NCBI GenBank assembly: GCA_044869275.1
Contig: JBIOXB010000143.1
Location: 1 to 64,000, forward strand
Source: a bacterium
Lineage (GTDB): Bacteria > Zhuqueibacterota > Zhuqueibacteria > Zhuqueibacterales > Zhuqueibacteraceae
Length of the DNA: 64,000 nt
Reading direction: 5' to 3'
Below the pieces are notes generated by a model that did not search any database, was not told the DNA's origin, and saw nothing but the letters and a program-made list of their open reading frames with translations. Positions within the stretch are counted from its first letter, which is position 1; every line of letters begins with the position of its first letter. Of this stretch, positions 49,298 through 58,070 are shown piece by piece. The position numbers were made by a program, and so were the translations under genes.

Positions 49298-50641
49298 ATG
49301 CGAAATGCCGCTTTAAAAAGAGGGGTCGTGCTGGCCTGGTTCAGCGCCAGCCTGGCTGGCGCCGGGTTGCCGCAGGCGTTGGCGCAGGACGATTTGTCCG
49401 AATTGCGCGAGTTGTGGAACGCCGGCAATTACGAAGAGGTCATCATCAAGGGTAGCGCGCTGCGCGAGCAACCGTTCGGCCGGACGCTGGAATTGGACTA
49501 TATGCTCGGCACCAGCCTGTGCCGCGCGCCGGAATTGCAGGTTGACGGCATCAAATTTTTGGCGTGGTGTTTGAGCAATTACAAAATGGACCAGCGCGAC
49601 CAAGCCAAGATCGTGCAAGAAACGGAACAATGCGCGCAAGCGCTGGCTACGGCGCCGGCGCCGATCACGGCGATGACGGTGAAAAGCAGCGTGGGCGCGG
49701 GCGTGGGGGTGAGCGGTAAAATGTTTCACTATCTCAGCGGCGATCAAGCGTTCGGAGCAACCGCGATAAAAATCGTTGCGCCGAAAACGCTGGCAGAGCT
49801 GCGGGCGCGGCTCACGCCCATCGCACAGCCGGACAGCGCCGCGCGCAAGATTGCCGCGCTGGCCGGGAAAACGTTCGAAGTAAAGGTATTCGGCAGATTC
49901 GTCATTGCCAACGCCAATGCCAAAACCGACTACGCCGAAATGTCCCGGCGCCTGGAGATTTATGAAAGTTTTTTCGCCGCGGCTTTCGGTTTGAAGCTGC
50001 CGCCGTACATGGTCACGGTCTATGTCGTGCCCGACATCCGGCAGTATCGTGAGCTCGCCTTAAAGCTGCACGGCTTTCAAGTGCCGGAAGCTTCCATCGG
50101 TTATTCCTTCCGCGATGACTTGAGCCTTGCCGTCTTTTGCCGAGATCGTTTTACCGGCACTCTTTATCATGAGCTTTTTCATCTCATGGCGCGCACCACT
50201 TTCGGCGACATTCCGCCCTGGCTCGATGAAGGCATGGCGGCACTCTACGAAGTCTCGAAGATTGACAGCGCGCGGGTGTTGGGCCTCAACAATTGGCGCG
50301 GCCAGGTGCTGGAGCAGCTCTGGGAAAGACGCCCGAGCCTCGCCCAGTTGGTGCAGATGAATTGGGAAGAGTTTGACCGCCCGGATACCGAATATCCCTC
50401 CGAGGACAATCTGGTGAAGCAAGCTGCGCATCATGCCACGGCACGCTGCTTTTTACAATATCTACAGGAGCAGGGCAAGCTCGCCGAAGTCTTCAACACC
50501 TTTCGGCAGCGCAAACCCGCAGACCTGAAGACCACGCCGGAGGCGGATGCCATGGCCACGCTGGAAACGATCTTGCAAAAACCGGCACAGACCGTGGATC
50601 AGGATTTTGCCGCCTGGTTCAAAGCCAAGCGGCGCTATTAG
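49298..50641 (+). CDS. Exported gluzincin-like metallopeptidase-domain protein
   Basis: Signal peptide; HELFH followed by PPWLDEGMA. Confidence 0.72.
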   Translation: MRNAALKRGVVLAWFSASLAGAGLPQALAQDDLSELRELWNAGNYEEVIIKGSALREQPFGRTLELDYMLGTSLCRAPELQVDGIKFLAWCLSNYKMDQRDQAKIVQETEQCAQALATAPAPITAMTVKSSVGAGVGVSGKMFHYLSGDQAFGATAIKIVAPKTLAELRARLTPIAQPDSAARKIAALAGKTFEVKVFGRFVIANANAKTDYAEMSRRLEIYESFFAAAFGLKLPPYMVTVYVVPDIRQYRELALKLHGFQVPEASIGYSFRDDLSLAVFCRDRFTGTLYHELFHLMARTTFGDIPPWLDEGMAALYEVSKIDSARVLGLNNWRGQVLEQLWERRPSLAQLVQMNWEEFDRPDTEYPSEDNLVKQAAHHATARCFLQYLQEQGKLAEVFNTFRQRKPADLKTTPEADAMATLETILQKPAQTVDQDFAAWFKAKRRY

Positions 50642-50648
50642 AAAAGCG

Positions 50649-51623
50649 CTAACGAGGCGGCTCTTCCGTTGCAGCACTATCGCGCCAGCTCTCTGGCAAG
50701 CTTTCCGCTTCTTTCAGCAAGGCTTCGATTTCGGCTTCTGCCGCGATCGAATCGTGCGCGATAGCGATGGCGGGTGGCATGACCGGCGGGGGCTCGACCA
50801 CGGGAGGCGCCGCGCCGCGCAAGGCCAGGCTCGCCGGACCGGCAGCCGCGGCGGCTTCGGCCGTGGCGACGCGATTCAACACCATCAAATCCAGCACACG
50901 CTTTTGCATGCGACCGCAGCTCTTCATGCGCTTGTAAGGGTTAAAATAAATCGGATTCGGCAGCATCGCCGCGAGCATCGTGGCTTCACCCAGAGTCAGT
51001 CTTGCCGCAGACTTGCCGAAATAAAAACGTGTGGCGGCTTCGGCCCCGAAGATACCCTCCCCCCATTCCACGACGTTTAAGTATAATTCCAAAATCTGCC
51101 CCTTGTTCAGCGCCTTCTCGATGCGGCCGGTGAGAATGAGCTCGCGCAGCTTGCGCAAAATGGTTTTGCTGCGGTCCTGCAAGAAAGCATTGCGCGCGAG
51201 CTGCATAGTGATCGTGCTGGCGCCGCGCACGTAGCGCTTCTTCTCCAAATTGACGCGCCAGGCTTCTTTCATCATCACGACATTGTAACCGTCATGTTGA
51301 TAGAAGAGATCGTCTTCGCTGATCACCACGGCCTGCTGCAGCAATGGGGAGATTTGCGCCAGCGTCACCCAAATACGCACCGGCTTCTCGAAACGCTGAT
51401 TCCAATTGATTTTGCCCACACGCGCGGTCGACTCCAGCTTAAAACTCTGAATTTCATCCTCATTGGGCAGGCCTGCAAAGAGCAGCAGCCAGGTGGAGAA
51501 TGAGATCAGAAAGATCACTCCCAGCGCGGTGCTCCAACGCGGGTGGCGCTTCACCCAAACACGTATCTTTTTCCAAAAAGAAGATGATACTTCCGCCGGA
51601 GCCGAAGTGAACTCGTCCGCCAT
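50649..51623 (-). CDS. mtgA: Monofunctional peptidoglycan transglycosylase (GT51)
   Basis: SEDDLFYQHDG, RGASTITMQLARN, RKLRE and ILELYLN. Confidence 0.9.
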   Translation of the reverse strand: MADEFTSAPAEVSSSFWKKIRVWVKRHPRWSTALGVIFLISFSTWLLLFAGLPNEDEIQSFKLESTARVGKINWNQRFEKPVRIWVTLAQISPLLQQAVVISEDDLFYQHDGYNVVMMKEAWRVNLEKKRYVRGASTITMQLARNAFLQDRSKTILRKLRELILTGRIEKALNKGQILELYLNVVEWGEGIFGAEAATRFYFGKSAARLTLGEATMLAAMLPNPIYFNPYKRMKSCGRMQKRVLDLMVLNRVATAEAAAAAGPASLALRGAAPPVVEPPPVMPPAIAIAHDSIAAEAEIEALLKEAESLPESWRDSAATEEPPR

Positions 51624-51790
51624 ATACAATTTCCCTTTGCGTTTTCAATGGTAGGATCGCATGCTGGTCGTGCGGGGCGAGGTCCAAGCAGATCTGAAAC
51701 CCGTCTTACCAAACCTCGCGCGGGCAGACGCCCGGCCCTGTACTGCAATTGAAAACGCCGCCCTGAAAAAGAAAACAGCGCCGCTGCGCA

Positions 51791-51991
51791 TCAACTCTTC
51801 AAACTGACCTTGTAACTTGCTCTGTTCTTGGCGATGCTGATTTTGCCTTCACGCGCCAGCCAGCCGAGCGCCAGCCACAGCATTTTTTCGTCCGCATTTG
51901 TGGCTTTTTTGAGTTGCGGAATACTCAACCCTTCCTTGCCCTGCAAAGCTTGCCAGGCCTTGCCGGCGGTTTCACCAATCAAAGTAACCAT
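51791..51991 (-). CDS. Small winged-helix protein (DUF2582-like)
   Basis: IGETAGKAWQAL and ALGWLAREGKI; AAGGAGG RBS. Confidence 0.85.
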   Translation of the reverse strand: MVTLIGETAGKAWQALQGKEGLSIPQLKKATNADEKMLWLALGWLAREGKISIAKNRASYKVSLKS

Positions 51992-52049
51992 GACTCCTCC
52001 TTGAGTAAAACTCATTGAAATTTCCAGCGCATGACGCCCCTGAAATCAA

Positions 52050-52078
52050 TTTATAAGCATTCGCCTTTCGAATGTCAA
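52050..52078 (-). promoter_or_regulatory. Near-consensus sigma70 promoter of the winged-helix gene
   Basis: Minus strand TTGACA-N17-TATAAA. Confidence 0.7.
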
Positions 52079-52101
52079 GAATTATTGCCTTAAAAAAGTG
52101 C

Positions 52102-52158
52102 TTGCGCGCCGGGCGATTTTTTTGTAAGTTGGAAACTGAAGAAACTATTATGGTTTCC
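52102..52158 (+). promoter_or_regulatory. Promoter plus putative TetR operator of the efflux operon
   Basis: TTGCGC-N17-TAAGTT, then inverted repeat GAAAC-TATTATG-GTTTC (52141-52157). Confidence 0.55.
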
Positions 52159-52193
52159 TATGTATCCTGCTGATCTTCCCTTCGTATTAGGTG

Positions 52194-52847
52194 ATGGACG
52201 CCAAACCGGACAACGCCGGCGCCGAAGTGCGCACACGCATCCTGCTCAAGGCCAAAGAGAAATTTTCCACGCTGGGCTATCCCAAAACCGCGATGGCCGA
52301 AATCGCGGCCGAATTGGGGATGAGCAAAAAAACGCTGTACAAGTTTTTTGCCACGAAAAAGAAACTGGCAGAAGCGATGATCGAAGACAATTTCGAGCAG
52401 GTCAATCGCCAATTCGACGAAATTCTGGCCAGCCCGTTGCCCGCCATCGAAAAACTGCACGGCATCGTCGCCTTCCTGGTCGAAAAGCAGCAGCGTATCA
52501 TGACCAAGGCCATGCTCGAGGGCCTGTATCAGCACTTGCCGCATCTCTGGCGGCGCATCGAAAAATTCCGGCGCGCGCGCATGCAAAAAAACATGCAGGC
52601 CATCATCACTCAGGCTTTGCAGGAAGGCACGATCCGCGACACTTTCAATTGCGACATGTTTCTGCATTTTCTTTTGGGCGCGATTCAAGAGGGCCTGTGC
52701 GCGGAAGTGCTGGTGCACGCCTCCTATTCGACGGGCGAGGCCATCCAAGGGTTAATTGATTTGTTTTTGAACGGTATCCTGACACCCGCCGGGCGCAGGC
52801 AATATCGACGCTTGAACGCGGGAGCCCCGGCCGCCTTTAAACCTTGA
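52194..52847 (+). CDS. TetR/AcrR-family regulator
   Basis: HTH MAEIAAELGMSKKTLYKFF. Confidence 0.93.
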   Translation: MDAKPDNAGAEVRTRILLKAKEKFSTLGYPKTAMAEIAAELGMSKKTLYKFFATKKKLAEAMIEDNFEQVNRQFDEILASPLPAIEKLHGIVAFLVEKQQRIMTKAMLEGLYQHLPHLWRRIEKFRRARMQKNMQAIITQALQEGTIRDTFNCDMFLHFLLGAIQEGLCAEVLVHASYSTGEAIQGLIDLFLNGILTPAGRRQYRRLNAGAPAAFKP

Positions 52848-52883
52848 ACAGGTTGTGACCAAAGATTCTCCAGGAGAACCGGC

Positions 52884-54200
52884 ATGAAAGCAATGCGGTG
52901 TGCGATTATCATGCTTATCATCGTCAACCGGCTTGCCGCACAAACTCCGCTGGCATTGGACGAAGCTCTGCGGCTGGCATCACAAAACAGTTTTGCGTTG
53001 CGCAAGCAAGCGCAAAAGCAAAAACAAGCGGAATTGGAGGTTGCGATTAAACGCGGCCAGCGTTTGCCCGCCGTGGAGGCCAGCGCGACCGCAGCCTATA
53101 CCAGTGAGCTTGCCAAATTTGAATTTCCCTTTCCGCTGCCGGGCGGGCAACAACCGAGCGTCGAGCTGCATCTGTTCGATCGCCGGGAAGTCTCGATTGG
53201 CGTGCGCCAGCCCCTTTTCACCGGCTGGCGTTTGACCACCCAGGTCGATCTTGCCAAAACCGCGCAGGCCTCCGAAGAAACGCGCCTGGCGCTCCTGCAA
53301 CAGCAGACGGCTTATCAAGTGCACTTGCTTTTTTATCAGGCGCAAAACTCAAAGAAAGAATATCAGATTCAGCAAGCCAGCCTGCAGCGTTTGGACGTAC
53401 AGTTGGAGCAAGTACGCCATCTCTTCCACAGCGCGCAGGCGCTGGCATATGACACGCTGCAGGTGTTTAATCAAACCCTGCAAATCGGCATACAAATGGA
53501 GCAAGTGCAGCGTGATTTGCGCTTGTTGAACTTGCAGATGGCGCGGCTGCTGGACCTGCCCGAGATTCGCCCCCTGGCTGATTTGGCTTTGCCGGTTTTG
53601 CCCAATGCTCTCTTGCCACGCGACAGCGTCAAACAAGTTGCGCGGCAACATCGCCCGGAATTGCGCAGCGTCAATTTGGCGCAGCAAGCAGCACAATTGA
53701 ATCGCAAGCTTGCGCGCGGCAATTATTTTCCCGAAATCGGCGCGGAGGCGCGCTATTATTACGCCAAGCCTGGCGTCAATCCTTTTGCCAATGAATGGAT
53801 GGACTACGCCACCGTCGGCGTGAATGCACAATGGAATTTGTGGCGCTGGAATCAGGATCGCAACCGCATACAAACCGCAACGGTGGAATTCAATCGTTTG
53901 CAGTTGGAAGAAGCAGAATTGCTGCGCGCGATCGACTACGAGGTGGAAAGAAGCTATGAGAACATGAAGCTGGCCGTGCAGCAAAACCGGCTGGCGGCGC
54001 AATTGCTGGCGCAACAGCAGGAGCGTTATCGCATCATCACCACGCAGCAGCGCAACGGGCTGGCCACGACCAGCGACGTCATCATTGCCGAATCCGATTT
54101 GACCTCGGCCGAGCTGCAAGAGCAGCGCACGTTGATTCAATATTACTTCGCGCAAACCGAGATGCAATTGGCGGCCGGCACGCTCGGCGCCTCGCAATAA
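52884..54200 (+). CDS. TolC-family outer membrane efflux protein
   Basis: Signal peptide; QPLFTG, HRPEL and YFPEI duplicated OEP pattern. Confidence 0.9.
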   Translation: MKAMRCAIIMLIIVNRLAAQTPLALDEALRLASQNSFALRKQAQKQKQAELEVAIKRGQRLPAVEASATAAYTSELAKFEFPFPLPGGQQPSVELHLFDRREVSIGVRQPLFTGWRLTTQVDLAKTAQASEETRLALLQQQTAYQVHLLFYQAQNSKKEYQIQQASLQRLDVQLEQVRHLFHSAQALAYDTLQVFNQTLQIGIQMEQVQRDLRLLNLQMARLLDLPEIRPLADLALPVLPNALLPRDSVKQVARQHRPELRSVNLAQQAAQLNRKLARGNYFPEIGAEARYYYAKPGVNPFANEWMDYATVGVNAQWNLWRWNQDRNRIQTATVEFNRLQLEEAELLRAIDYEVERSYENMKLAVQQNRLAAQLLAQQQERYRIITTQQRNGLATTSDVIIAESDLTSAELQEQRTLIQYYFAQTEMQLAAGTLGASQ

Positions 54201-54212
54201 CCGGAGAAGGAT

Positions 54213-55103
54213 ATGAAACGATTTCTTCTGTTCATGTTGCCGGCATTGGTGCTGCTCGCCGCGTGTCGTCAAAAAGAAAATTCCGTCTTCCAGGCGAGCG
54301 TCATCATCGAAGGCACGGCGATCAAAGTGGCGGCGCAAACCGGCGGCTATCTGCTGCAAGTCAATGTGGATGAGGGCGACCGCGTCACCAGCGGGCAAAC
54401 GCTGGCCACCGTCGATACGGAAAAGCTGGGTTACCAGCTTGAGCAAGTGCAGGCGAATCTCGAGGAATTGTCCGTGCAAAAACGCGTGGCCGAGAGCAAT
54501 TTGCGCCGTGCCCGGGATGATTTCGAATACGCGCGCACGCGCTACGATCGCATTGCGGAGTTGTTCAAGCAAAACGCGGCCACCGAGCAGGCCCATGACG
54601 ACGCCAAGATCAATTTCGAGCGCGCGCAGACCGCTTATGAAACGGCGCGGCAGAATCTGCAGGCGCTCACCAGCCGCCAGAAAGCGCTGGAGGCGCAAGG
54701 CAAGCTCCTGCAGCGCCAGATCAATGACGGTGTGATCAAAGCACCGCTCAACGGCACCATCACCACGCGCTATTTTAAAACCGGTGAGACCATTGCGCCG
54801 AATGCGCCGCTGGTGGAGATCATCGATCTGGCGGAAATGTGGACGAAAGTTTATATTTCGGAAAAATACTTGCCGCGGGTGCGCATCGGACAAAACGCCA
54901 CGATCAAAATCGATGGCACCGACCAGACCATGACCGGCAAAGTGGCTTGGATCAACAACAAATCCGAATTCACGCCCAAAAACATTTTGACCGAAGAAAG
55001 CCGCACGGCGTTGGTTTATGCGGTGAAAGTCGAAGTGGAAAATCCCCAGGGCATTTTGAAACACGGCATGCCAGTGACGGTGGTGTTGCAGCCGGCGTCG
55101 TGA
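54213..55103 (+). CDS. HlyD/YbhG-like periplasmic adaptor
   Basis: LAAC lipobox; V.EGD.V..GQ, IKAP..G, SEFTPKN and LKHGMP. Confidence 0.92.
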   Translation: MKRFLLFMLPALVLLAACRQKENSVFQASVIIEGTAIKVAAQTGGYLLQVNVDEGDRVTSGQTLATVDTEKLGYQLEQVQANLEELSVQKRVAESNLRRARDDFEYARTRYDRIAELFKQNAATEQAHDDAKINFERAQTAYETARQNLQALTSRQKALEAQGKLLQRQINDGVIKAPLNGTITTRYFKTGETIAPNAPLVEIIDLAEMWTKVYISEKYLPRVRIGQNATIKIDGTDQTMTGKVAWINNKSEFTPKNILTEESRTALVYAVKVEVENPQGILKHGMPVTVVLQPAS

Positions 55104-55112
55104 AGCGGGTTT

Positions 55113-55205
55113 TGAGGATGGGAGAGAGATGATCGAGGATCGCGAGCGCGGGATTACATGATTACGCTTTACGCATCAATAAATACCTGATCCGTAAAGC
55201 GTGAA
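55113..55205. repeat. Degenerate 7-nt repeats plus hairpin between hlyD and the ATPase gene
   Basis: gaggatg/gatgatc/gaggatc units, then TTACGCTTTACG-C-ATCA..TGAT-C-CGTAAAGCGTGA. Confidence 0.65.
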
Positions 55206-55226
55206 TAGGTTTCAGGTTTCGACGCC

Positions 55227-56141
55227 ATGGCAGAAATCATCACCATCAAAAACTTCAGCAAAAATTACGGCACCATTGCTGCCGTGCAAAATGTTACGCT
55301 GTCGATTCAAAGCGGCGAATTGTTCGGCATGATTGGCCCGGACGGTGCAGGCAAAACCACCACCATGCGCACGCTGTGCACCCTGCTCACCTTGCAGGAA
55401 GGCGAAATGCACATCGCCGGTTACGATGTGCGCGTGCACGCGACCCAGATTCGCAGCCTGCTGGGTTACATGCCGCAGCGCTTTTCATTGTATCCCGATC
55501 TTTCCATCGAACAAAACTTGAACTTCTTCGCAGATTTGTTCGGCGTACCCGCGGCGGAGAAGAAGAAAAGAATGCCGCAGCTTTATCATTTCAGCAAACT
55601 CGAACCGTTTAAGCATCGCCTGGCCAAACAGCTTTCCGGCGGCATGAAGCAAAAGCTCGCACTGTCTTGCACGTTGATTCACACCCCGCAAGTTTTGATT
55701 CTCGACGAGCCGACCACGGGCGTGGATCCGGTTTCGCGCCGGGAGTTTTGGAACATCTTGCAGCAATTGCGCGAACAAGGCGTGACCATTCTCGTTTCGA
55801 CGCCTTACATGGACGAAGCCTTGCTTTGCGATCGCGTGGCGTTCATGCACAAAGGCCGTGTGCTCGCGCTCGATGAGCCGCGCGCGATCACAAAGCACTT
55901 TCCCTATGCGCTGTACGAAGTCGTCGTGGCTCAGCCCCAGCTTTTGGTTTCTTATTTCATAAATGTCTCGAACAGCCAGTCCGTGCAAATTTTCGGCGAC
56001 CGCTTGCATGTGAGTTTCAAATCGGAGCTACCGCCAGAGGCGGTGGCCGAAATCATGAGAAATGCACCGTATGCCATCGCCGACTTTAAAAAAATCGAGG
56101 CAGGAATTGAAGATACTTTCATGGAGTTGATGAAGCATTGA
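55227..56141 (+). CDS. ABC ATP-binding protein (YbhF N-half-like)
   Basis: GPDGAGKTT, LSGGMKQKL, DEPTTGVDP and STPYMDEA. Confidence 0.94.
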   Translation: MAEIITIKNFSKNYGTIAAVQNVTLSIQSGELFGMIGPDGAGKTTTMRTLCTLLTLQEGEMHIAGYDVRVHATQIRSLLGYMPQRFSLYPDLSIEQNLNFFADLFGVPAAEKKKRMPQLYHFSKLEPFKHRLAKQLSGGMKQKLALSCTLIHTPQVLILDEPTTGVDPVSRREFWNILQQLREQGVTILVSTPYMDEALLCDRVAFMHKGRVLALDEPRAITKHFPYALYEVVVAQPQLLVSYFINVSNSQSVQIFGDRLHVSFKSELPPEAVAEIMRNAPYAIADFKKIEAGIEDTFMELMKH

Positions 56142-56257
56142 GGGTCGAAGATTGAGGAGGGAGGATGGAAGATCGAGGTTCGAGGATCGAGGATTGTCAC
56201 AACCTGGCCATCATCGATCTTCTATCCTCAATCTTCCATCATCGATCTTCCATCCCT
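56140..56257. repeat. 7-nt tandem-repeat hairpin (GARGATC / GATCYTC)
   Basis: About 8 left units (gaagatc, gaggttc, gaggatc...) and 7 complementary right units (gatcttc, tatcctc, aatcttc...). Confidence 0.85.
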
Positions 56258-56330
56258 ACCTTCAATTCTCGGACAATTGCACATTTGACTAGTACTACAA
56301 CGTTAAGTTCACATTTATGCGCTAATAACA

Positions 56331-56431
56331 GCATGTCATTCTGTAAGAATCTTCCCATGATTCAATGTCACAGCCCAATTTGGCATTGTGCCCAGCGCTT
56401 GGGAAGATCCCGAAGCCTCGGGATGACATGC
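56331..56431. repeat. REP/BIME-like nested inverted-repeat element
   Basis: GCATGTCATTCTG/CGGGATGACATGC, ATCTTCCCA/TGGGAAGAT and CAATGTCA/TGGCATTG. Confidence 0.7.
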
Positions 56432-56481
56432 TTGGTGGTGGCGTTGACTTAACGCTCTAGTACTAGCCAGAGAAGACACAC

Positions 56482-56705
56482 ATGCACAGCATTCTCATCA
56501 CCGGCGCCACGGATTTATTGGGACAGGATCTGGTGCAACTGGCGCGGGAGGCACGCTATGATATCCGAATCATGAGCCGGCGCTCCCGCCCGGCAAAGTT
56601 GCGCTTGCGTTCCGCCGTGGCGAGAAGACGACGCCGGAACATGCGGAAGGCAAAGTTACATGGCAAGAATGGCTAAAGCTGCGTTATGGCGCGAATTCAA
56701 TTTAG
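56482..56705 (+). pseudogene. NmrA/SDR-type oxidoreductase with a large internal deletion
   Basis: N-terminus ILITGAT.LLG...IMSRR fused out of frame to C-terminus PGKVALAFRRG...GKVTWQEWL. Confidence 0.75.
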
Positions 56706-56715
56706 GCAAACCAGC

Positions 56716-57123
56716 ATGCATAAAGTCACGAGGTATGGCGTGTTCATCGTGGTGGGACACTTGATCGTTTTGTCTCTCCATGCCATGGCACACGTGCAAC
56801 TGGCGGTATATGCCTCCTGGCTCGGCAACGTGTTTATTGTTTTGGTGATCTGGCTCGCGCCGCTCGTAGCGATGTTCTTGCTACTGCAGCAGCGCTTGCG
56901 CGCCGGCGTCGTTTTGCTTGGGGGTGCGATGCTTGGCTCTTTGCTGTTTGGAGTGTATCATCATTTTGTCGCCCTCAGTCCGGATCACGTAAGCCATGTG
57001 CCCGCCGGTAAAGCGCGTGCGTTGTTTCAGGTCACCGCCGTGCTGCTCGCTGTTTTTGAGACGTTTGGGTGCGGCTATGCCCTCTGGAGTTGGCGGGGCT
57101 TGCAGAAAGCAGAATATGCCTGA
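56716..57123 (+). CDS. Four-TM His-rich hypothetical membrane protein
   Basis: H..H..AH and YHHF..SPDHV motifs. Confidence 0.65.
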   Translation: MHKVTRYGVFIVVGHLIVLSLHAMAHVQLAVYASWLGNVFIVLVIWLAPLVAMFLLLQQRLRAGVVLLGGAMLGSLLFGVYHHFVALSPDHVSHVPAGKARALFQVTAVLLAVFETFGCGYALWSWRGLQKAEYA

Positions 57124-57841
57124 ATACGCGGTGCAAACCGAGAATCTCGGCAAACGCTTCGGACAATTCGAAGCCGTAAAAAACCTCAATCTCGCCGTGC
57201 CTGAAGGGGAAATCTTTGGCTTCCTCGGCGCGAATGGCGCCGGCAAAACCACTGCCATTCGCATGCTGTGCGGCTTGCTGCTGCCTTCTTCGGGCACGGG
57301 CAAAGTCGCGGGGTTCGATATTCTCACCGAAAACGAGAAGATCAAGCAGCGCATCGGCTACATGAGCCAAAGATTCTCTTTATATGAAGATTTGACTCTG
57401 GCGGAGAACATCGAGTTTTATGGCGGGGTCTATGGCTTGCAGCGCGGCGCCCTGCTGGCGAAACGCGCGCAACTTTTGCAGGAATTGGAGCTTGCGGAAC
57501 AGGCGGATATGATCACGCGTTCCTTGCCCCTGGGATACAAACAAAGATTGGCGCTCGGCTGCGCTTTGTTGCACGATCCGGAAATCGTCTTTCTTGACGA
57601 GCCCACCGGCGGCGTCGATCCCGAAGCGCGCCGGAATTTTTGGGATCTGATTTATGCCATGGCGCAACGCGGCAAAACCATTTTCGTCACCACGCATTAC
57701 ATGGACGAAGCGGAATACTGCAACCGCGTTTCCATCATGTACGCCGGTGAAATTATCGCCTTGGGTTCCCCGCTGGCGTTGAAACAGAAGTACGCGAAAT
57801 CGTCGATGCAGGAGGTTTTCATTCTTTTGGTAGATCGCTGA
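57116..57841 (+). CDS. ABC ATP-binding protein (YbhF C-half-like)
   Basis: GANGAGKTT, LPLGYKQRL, DEPTGGVDP and TTHYMDEAE. Confidence 0.94.
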   Translation: MPEYAVQTENLGKRFGQFEAVKNLNLAVPEGEIFGFLGANGAGKTTAIRMLCGLLLPSSGTGKVAGFDILTENEKIKQRIGYMSQRFSLYEDLTLAENIEFYGGVYGLQRGALLAKRAQLLQELELAEQADMITRSLPLGYKQRLALGCALLHDPEIVFLDEPTGGVDPEARRNFWDLIYAMAQRGKTIFVTTHYMDEAEYCNRVSIMYAGEIIALGSPLALKQKYAKSSMQEVFILLVDR

Positions 57842-57842
57842 C

Positions 57843-58046
57843 GGGGAGTGGGGGAGTGGGAGACTGGGAGACTGGGAGACTGGGAGACTTGGAGACTGGG
57901 AGACTTGGAGACTGGGAGACTGGGAGAGAGGGTGAGAGGGAGGAAAACCATACGGCGCTTTTGCTCACCCACTCACCCACTCACCCCGTCTCCCCGTCTC
58001 CCAGTCTCCCTTTCACCCACTCTCCCCGTCACCCACTCTCTAACTC
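57843..58046. repeat. 8-nt tandem-repeat hairpin (GGGAGACT / AGTCTCCC)
   Basis: About 12 left units and about 10 complementary right units (actcaccc, cgtctccc, agtctccc). Confidence 0.92.
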
Positions 58047-58070
58047 ATGACCATTACTTTAGGAAGTGAA

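Noticed and set aside
51650..51745. GTAG-type REP-like element (GCGAGGT/ACCTCGC) upstream of mtgA
   Set aside because: Pairing is short and imperfect and there is no second copy in the window.
57848..58069. ORFs with GDWETGRL-type repeats (also 56165-56452 and the N-terminal extension at 49-90)
   Set aside because: They are translations of non-triplet DNA repeats with no RBS or protein-like features.
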